A stretch of 64,000 bases of DNA, taken from IMG/VR virus record IMGVR_UViG_3300027759_006101, positions 186,001 through 250,000 of that record; one strand, written 5' to 3'. A program made the translations under genes and the position numbers. The notes beneath the pieces are model-generated. The model was not told the DNA's origin. It saw nothing but the letters and a program-made list of their open reading frames with translations, and did not search any database. Shown piece after piece: positions 63,522-64,000 of the stretch (position 1 is its first letter; each line of letters begins with the position of its first letter).

Positions 63522-64000
63522 TATGTTAGCCCAAACCTACTTTTTAAGGCATTATAATTTTTAGCGTGTTCAGCAGCAGAAAGTTGTCTATTGTATAAGA
63601 GGCACATAGCAATTCTCCCTTGAAAATCTCTTACTGCCCCACTATACCCTTCTGTCCCTAAAAAATATGTAAATGATGCCGGAAATGTTGTTTGATTAGT
63701 TCTATAAGCACCTAATATATTCCACCCATTTACTAAAGATGCACCATCAGCTACTGCTGAACCATTAACATAATAAGTAGTACCAGGATTTCCCCAGTCA
63801 TCACCATTAAGACCTGCTGACGCTCTAACAGTCCAAGGACCAGTGCCATTTGCATTATTAAATCTCATACTTTTATCTGTATTTGTAGTGTCATTTGAAG
63901 CTGCTATCAGACCTACCAATGCTGCATTACTGTTCAGTGCAAAATCAGGGTAAAATACAATAGTACAATCTAAATATTGTTGAGACAAAGTTGATGAAAT
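63521..64000 (-). CDS. LamG-like domain virion protein, 5'-truncated by window edge
   Basis: Frame is open to base 64000; C-terminus LYNRQLS..EH.KNYNALKSRFG. Confidence 0.7.
   Translation of the reverse strand: MSSTLSQQYLDCTIVFYPDFALNSNAALVGLIAASNDTTNTDKSMRFNNANGTGPWTVRASAGLNGDDWGNPGTTYYVNGSAVADGASLVNGWNILGAYRTNQTTFPASFTYFLGTEGYSGAVRDFQGRIAMCLLYNRQLSAAEHAKNYNALKSRFGLT

Noticed and set aside
56133-64000. Diversity-generating retroelement in the tail or LamG genes
   Set aside because: No reverse transcriptase and no TR/VR pair with adenine-specific mismatches; duplications are in-frame protein modules.
1-64000. Stop-codon reassignment (seen in some huge phages)
   Set aside because: Long conserved genes are intact in code 11, and TAG (e.g. 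13595, 27088, 31182) and TGA (33338, 33948) end genes at expected positions.

Overview
AT-rich (about 30-33% GC by eye) segment of a large or jumbo tailed bacteriophage genome, read in the standard code (TAA, TAG and TGA all act as stops). I saw no tRNA, rRNA or CRISPR array. Auxiliary genes include uvsE, two HhH glycosylase-like proteins, dinB, ruvB, groL, clpP, Hsp20, thioredoxin, Fe/Mn-SOD, a ferritin-like protein, an IscA/ErpA protein, thyX, a guaC-like gene, nusG, two sigma factors, a dam + PD-(D/E)XK + T5orf172 cassette, a nitrilase and a CHAP endolysin. These alternate with likely virion genes (1803-aa Gly-rich tail fibre, LamG-like, Ig-like and LysM proteins), and bidirectional terminators separate the blocks. 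Four features stand out. (1) A strictly + strand CTCGAA/CTCTAA motif array covers the first ~11.5 kb, including coding sequence, and is densest around a 1.2-kb non-coding stretch. (2) At least 16 otherwise unrelated proteins share N-terminal tags ending in K/R-x-A/S: a ~30-aa helical leader on 10 genes, an MWY[RK]x[AS] tag on 6 genes, plus a 55-aa gene that is almost only the leader. These may form a capsid-loading and maturation-cleavage code. (3) A ~750-nt, hairpin-rich, terminator-bounded non-coding transcript lies at 45.4-46.2 kb and is a candidate GOLLD/ROOL-class RNA. (4) About 11 genes have a -10 box exactly 6 nt before the start codon, implying leaderless mRNAs. All family assignments come from motif recognition by eye; no database search was run.
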